Assembly (NCBI RefSeq): GCF_006345805.1
Contig: NW_021836759.1
Location: 1 to 22,967, forward strand
Direction of reading: 5' to 3'
Length of the DNA stretch: 22,967 bases
Source: Octopus sinensis
Taxonomy: Eukaryota
The notes beneath the pieces were generated by a model that saw nothing but the letters and a program-made list of their open reading frames with translations, made no database searches and was not told the origin of the DNA. Shown one piece after another: positions 18,991 to 22,967 of this stretch (position 1 is the first letter of the stretch; every line of letters begins with the position of its first letter). Position numbers and translations under genes: made by a program.

Positions 18991-20126
18991 TGTTGTGGTT
19001 CGGCCGGCACAGTATATCCTGACCTACTTTGTTGAGAGGTGAGACGGAAAGTCTGGAATAAAAAGCTACAGCCCTTTTTACTGGAATGTAATGTGCTTTT
19101 GGAGGGACCTTTGGCCTTGTGTGTCGTCAATTAGGGGTCAGAGAGATGTGAGGGCTGAGGAAGATAGAGTAAGGAAGAATCTAGTGACAGTGAAGAAGAG
19201 GAAGAAGAAAGTAGTGAGAAAGACAGTAGTAGGGATCTGAGAGCTTCATGAGAGAATGACAGTGACAGCGTCGATCGATATAGATAGGCAGATAGGGCTG
19301 AGAGCAGATAGAGAGGATATTAGTGTGCAGAGACAGATTGAGGGTAGTGATAGAGGACAGTCGGCATTCGGTCGTCAAAGTGAGCAGTCGTTTTTGGGAG
19401 TCGAGGCAAGTGGTTGGAATTTAAGCATCGGCGGTCTTGGAGTATTGGGACAGAGAGAGATATATACAGAGGAATAGGTGGCGATGGAGATGAGGTACAA
19501 TATGAGGCGTTGGCTAATGTAAGGTACGTGAATTGTGTAAAGAGACTGTAAAAGAAAAAAAGAAATGAGACAGTAAAAAGGAAATTAAAGAACAATGTGA
19601 ATTGTGTAAAGACATTGTGTACAGTGTTTGTGATTTGAACATTGTGTAATGAACATTGAACTGTTAGGCCTGTAATGTCCTTTGAACTGTATATGACTTG
19701 TTGATGTGTTTTGAAATAGAACTGTGTCTTCGGACGTGTACCTTTGAAATGCTGATGTATTGACCTTGATGTGTTGTTACCGGACGGTTATATTGTTACT
19801 TGCATGTTTAAATGCTTTGATCTGTGGTATACCTGTATGATGTATTGAGTTGGTTACTTGCATGTCCTCTTTTTAATGTATCTGAAATGTATTTGTTGTT
19901 GTAACAATTGTAATAGTCATATAAACTAGTTGTTAAATGTAAGCCAGTTGTGTGTGCCTCATTGTGTCTCTCTCGGTTGCCTCTGTGCTGCTGCTGCTGT
20001 TGTTGTTGTTGTATCTCTCTCTCCTCTCTCCGACGAGTTTCCGTAGTGAAAATTTTCACTGCATCGAACGGGCCCGGGTGTGAGGGATTCCGTAACAGTT
20101 CGAATCGGAGGTCCCCCCTCGTAACA
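18991..20126. mobile_element. Probable solo LTR, 1136 bp
   Basis: Termini TGTTG...TAACA; no convincing ORF; flanks ATAT/GTAT within a (TA)n run; absent from the mirror PLE arm; no PBS or PPT adjacent. Confidence 0.6.
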
Positions 20127-20406
20127 GTATATATATATATATATATATATTTTGTTTCGATTCGATTTATTATTATTGTTACTAGTATTGTTATTATACA
20201 TACATACATACAAGCATATGTAATGATAATGGTGAACATATATAAACAGAAGATACAAATATTACAGGCATCCCCCCACACACACACACTAAATAAACAT
20301 AGACGCACATAGAGATATAAGCATGCGCAAATGAAGACATACAATAGAAATACAAAATGGCTGATGGTTAGTAAGGAGAGACACAAATAAGAAAGAAGAA
20401 AACAAA

Positions 20407-20451
20407 GGACCACTGATGCAGTCACAGGAGTGTGACGAAAGAACTCTGGCC
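20407..20451 (+). ncRNA. Minimal hammerhead-like motif, variant core (copy 4)
   Basis: GGACCA-CTGATGCA-GTCACA-GGAG-TGTGAC-GAAA-GAACTC-TGGCC. Confidence 0.6.
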
Positions 20452-20630
20452 GAAATAAGATTAAGATTAATGTAAAAAATAAATAACACTGAAGCAAAGT
20501 AACACCAAATATATAGTGCGTGTGTTTTTATTGGGTAAACTGGCAATATGACCATTCCGAAATATAACAATATCTGTTTCAACACACGACTTCACATAAA
20601 AAATCTTGCACAACAAATATTTAAACATAT

Positions 20631-21466
20631 AGAGATGATTGCGCTGGTATGGTCATGTGGCGAGAATGGATGAAGATAGGTGTGTGAAAAAGTGCCAATC
20701 CCTAGCGGTTGAGGGAACCCATGGAAGAGGTAGACCCAGGAAAACCTGGGACGAGGTGTGAAGCACGACCTTCGAACCTTAGGTCTCACTGAGGAAATGA
20801 CCAGCGACCGAGACCTTTGGAAATATGCTGTGCGTGAGAAGACCAGGCAGGACAAGTGAGTCCAGCCCACTTATGCATGCCTTTCCTCCCTTGGACACAC
20901 AAAGACCTGTTGAGACAAGCGAAGTCGATATCGAACCTCATCCGACGACAGGCACCTATGCCAACCCCCTCTGCTTGCGAAGACATGTTGGGGCAAGTGA
21001 AATCGAAATCGAAATCGGAATCGAAATTGAACCAATCCTGTGACTGGCACCCGGCAGATGCCGGGGTCCTGGCACTGGAGGTACGTGAAAAGCACTATCC
21101 GAATTGTGGTCGATGCCAGCGCCGCCTCGACTGGCTTCCGTGTCGGTGGCATGTAAAAAGCACCATCCGAATCGTAGCCGAAGCCAGTGCCGCCTCGACT
21201 GGCTTCCGTGCCGGTGGCACGTAAAATGAACAAATCCATCCGTGGCCGATGCCAGCCTCGCCTGGAACCAGTGCAGGTGGCACGTAAAAAGCACCCACTA
21301 CACACACTGAGTGGTTGGCGTTAGGAAGGGCATCCAGCTGTAAAAACTTTGCCAGATAAGACCTGAGCCTGGTGCAGCCTTCTGGCTTCCCAGATTCCCG
21401 GTCGAACCGTCCAACCCATGCTAGCATGGAGAACGGACGTTAAACGATGATGATGATGATGATGAT
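20631..21466 (+). mobile_element. RTE LINE 3' fragment
   Basis: LRWYGHVARMDEDRCVKKCQSLAVEGTHGRGRPRKTWDE.., (AAATCG)n, UTR units, (GAT)n tail. Confidence 0.9.
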
Positions 21467-21469
21467 CTA

Positions 21470-21500
<31 letters not shown>

Positions 21501-21570
21501 CATATATACATATATACATAATTAAATATATGTATATATACATGTATATATATGTATATATATATGTGTA

Positions 21571-21634
<64 letters not shown>

Positions 21635-21640
21635 CATATA

Positions 21641-21680
<40 letters not shown>

Positions 21681-21760
21681 GTATATATATTATATAAATA
21701 AATATATATACATATATATATACATATATATATAAGTGTTTTTATCTCTAATTTAATATA

Positions 21761-21797
<37 letters not shown>

Positions 21798-21822
21798 ATA
21801 TATTATATATAATATATATATA
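21467..21822. repeat. (TA)n/(TACA) microsatellite
   Basis: Direct reading. Confidence 0.95.
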
Positions 21823-22220
21823 GGCGCAGGAGTGGCTGTGTGGTAAGTAGCTTGCTAACCAACCACATGGTTCCGGGTTCAGTCCCACTGCGTGGCATCT
21901 TGGGCAGTGTCTTCTGCTATAGCCCCGGGCCGACCAAAGCCTTGTGAGTGGATTTGGTAGACGGAACTGAAAGAAGCCTGTCGTATATATATGTATATAT
22001 ATATATGGTGTGTGTGTGTCTGTGTTTGTTCCCCTAGCATTGCTTGACAACCAATGCTGGTATGCTTACGTCCCCGTCACTTAGCGTTCGGCAAAAGAGA
22101 CCGATAGAATAAGTACTGGGCTTACAAAGAATAAGTCCCGGGGTCGATTTGCTCGACTAAAGGCGGTGCTCCAGCATGGCCGCAGCCAAATGACTGAAAC
22201 AATAAAAGAGTAAAAGAGTA
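21823..22220 (+). mobile_element. Full-length tRNA-derived SINE (best-preserved copy in the window)
   Basis: GGCGCAGGAG start, A box TGGCTGTGTGG (21833-43), B box GGTTCAGTCCC (21876-86), internal TA/TG microsatellite, tail aataaaagagtaaaagagta. Confidence 0.92.
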
Positions 22221-22304
22221 TATATAATATATATATAATTGGTTTTATCTCTAATTTAATATAATAAATATATATATAATAAATATATATATATACATAT
22301 CTCA

Positions 22305-22967
22305 TTATCATCATTTATCGTCCGCTTTCCATGCTAGCATGTGTTGGACAGTTCAAGTGTGGTCTGGGAAGCCAGAAGGCTGCACCAGGCCCAGTCTGAT
22401 CTGGCAGGTTTCTACAGCTTGATGCTCTTCCTAACACCAACCACTCCCTGAGTGTAGTGGGTGCTTTTTACGTGCCACCGACACAGGTACCAGACGAGGC
22501 TGGCAAACGGCCACGCTCGGATGGTGCTTTTTACGTGCCTTTGGCACGCAGGCCAGGCGTGGCTGGCAACGGCCACGATTGGATGGTGTTTGTTACGTGC
22601 CAGCAGCACGGAGGCTAGTTAGGGCGGTGCTGGCTACGGCCACGTTCGGATGGTGCTCTTACATGCCATCTGGCACTGGTATCACAACTACAAATTCCAT
22701 TGATGTTGATCAATTTCGAATTTTATTTTCACTTGCCACAACAGGTTTTCACAAATAGAATTTTGTGTCCCAAGAATGAAAGGTATGCACAAGTAGACTG
22801 ACTACGTCCCAGGTAGAGGTCACGGGTTATGGCCTCACCTGTCCTGCCCGGTCTTATCACGCACAGCATACTTCCAAAGGTCGTGCTTCACCACCTTGTC
22901 CCAGGTCTTCCTGGGTCTACCTCTTCCACAGGTTCCCTCAACTGCTAGGGTGTGGTACTTTTTCACA
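22305..22967 (-). mobile_element. RTE LINE 3' fragment, running off the window
   Basis: Degenerate (CAT)n tail, four UTR units, and RT C-terminal coding sequence at 22860-22967. Confidence 0.9.

Larger units (their letters stand above)
18402..20627. mobile_element. Fold-back copy of PLE family 2 with a 55-bp spacer; right arm interrupted by a 1.1-kb insertion
   Basis: 18402-18883 is the reverse complement of 18939-18990 plus 20127-~20563; both arms match 14010-14610. Confidence 0.85.

Noticed and set aside
21823-21900. tRNA gene
   Set aside because: A and B boxes are present but there is no complete cloverleaf; it is the head of a multi-copy SINE.
3114-22314. Numerous Y/I/C/V/M/H/T-rich ORFs in the supplied track
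   Set aside because: Translations of (TA)n, (TG)n and (CA)n microsatellites or of SINE/UTR sequence.

Overview
Eukaryotic, transposon-saturated, (TA)n/(TG)n-rich DNA with no intact host gene. It is most likely an octopus genome, inferred from my recall of the SINE and RTE families, not from a database search. Contents in order: (1) 1-~2750, the 3' part of a decayed Penelope-like element (PLE). It has a C-terminal GIY-YIG endonuclease with a CxC-x5-CP zinc motif, an Asn-rich expanded linker, and a well-formed type I hammerhead ribozyme at 2515-2605. (2) A local segmental duplication (~3350-5970 vs ~7335-8640). Copy 1 carries extra insertions (Tc1-type MITE, hairpin MITE, SINE); copy 2 shows a possible Tc1 excision footprint. 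(3) An internally deleted Helitron with both termini (9605-10366). (4) A 5'-truncated RTE-type LINE (11556-13989) with a C4HC3 PHD finger inside its reverse transcriptase, plus several 3' fragments of the same family. (5) Two inverted-repeat (fold-back) copies of a second PLE family, with four hammerhead-like motifs that share a non-canonical core. One copy is interrupted by a probable solo LTR. (6) An internally deleted mariner, several tRNA-derived SINEs and CR1-type LINE fragments. Most ORFs in the supplied track are microsatellite or antisense artefacts.
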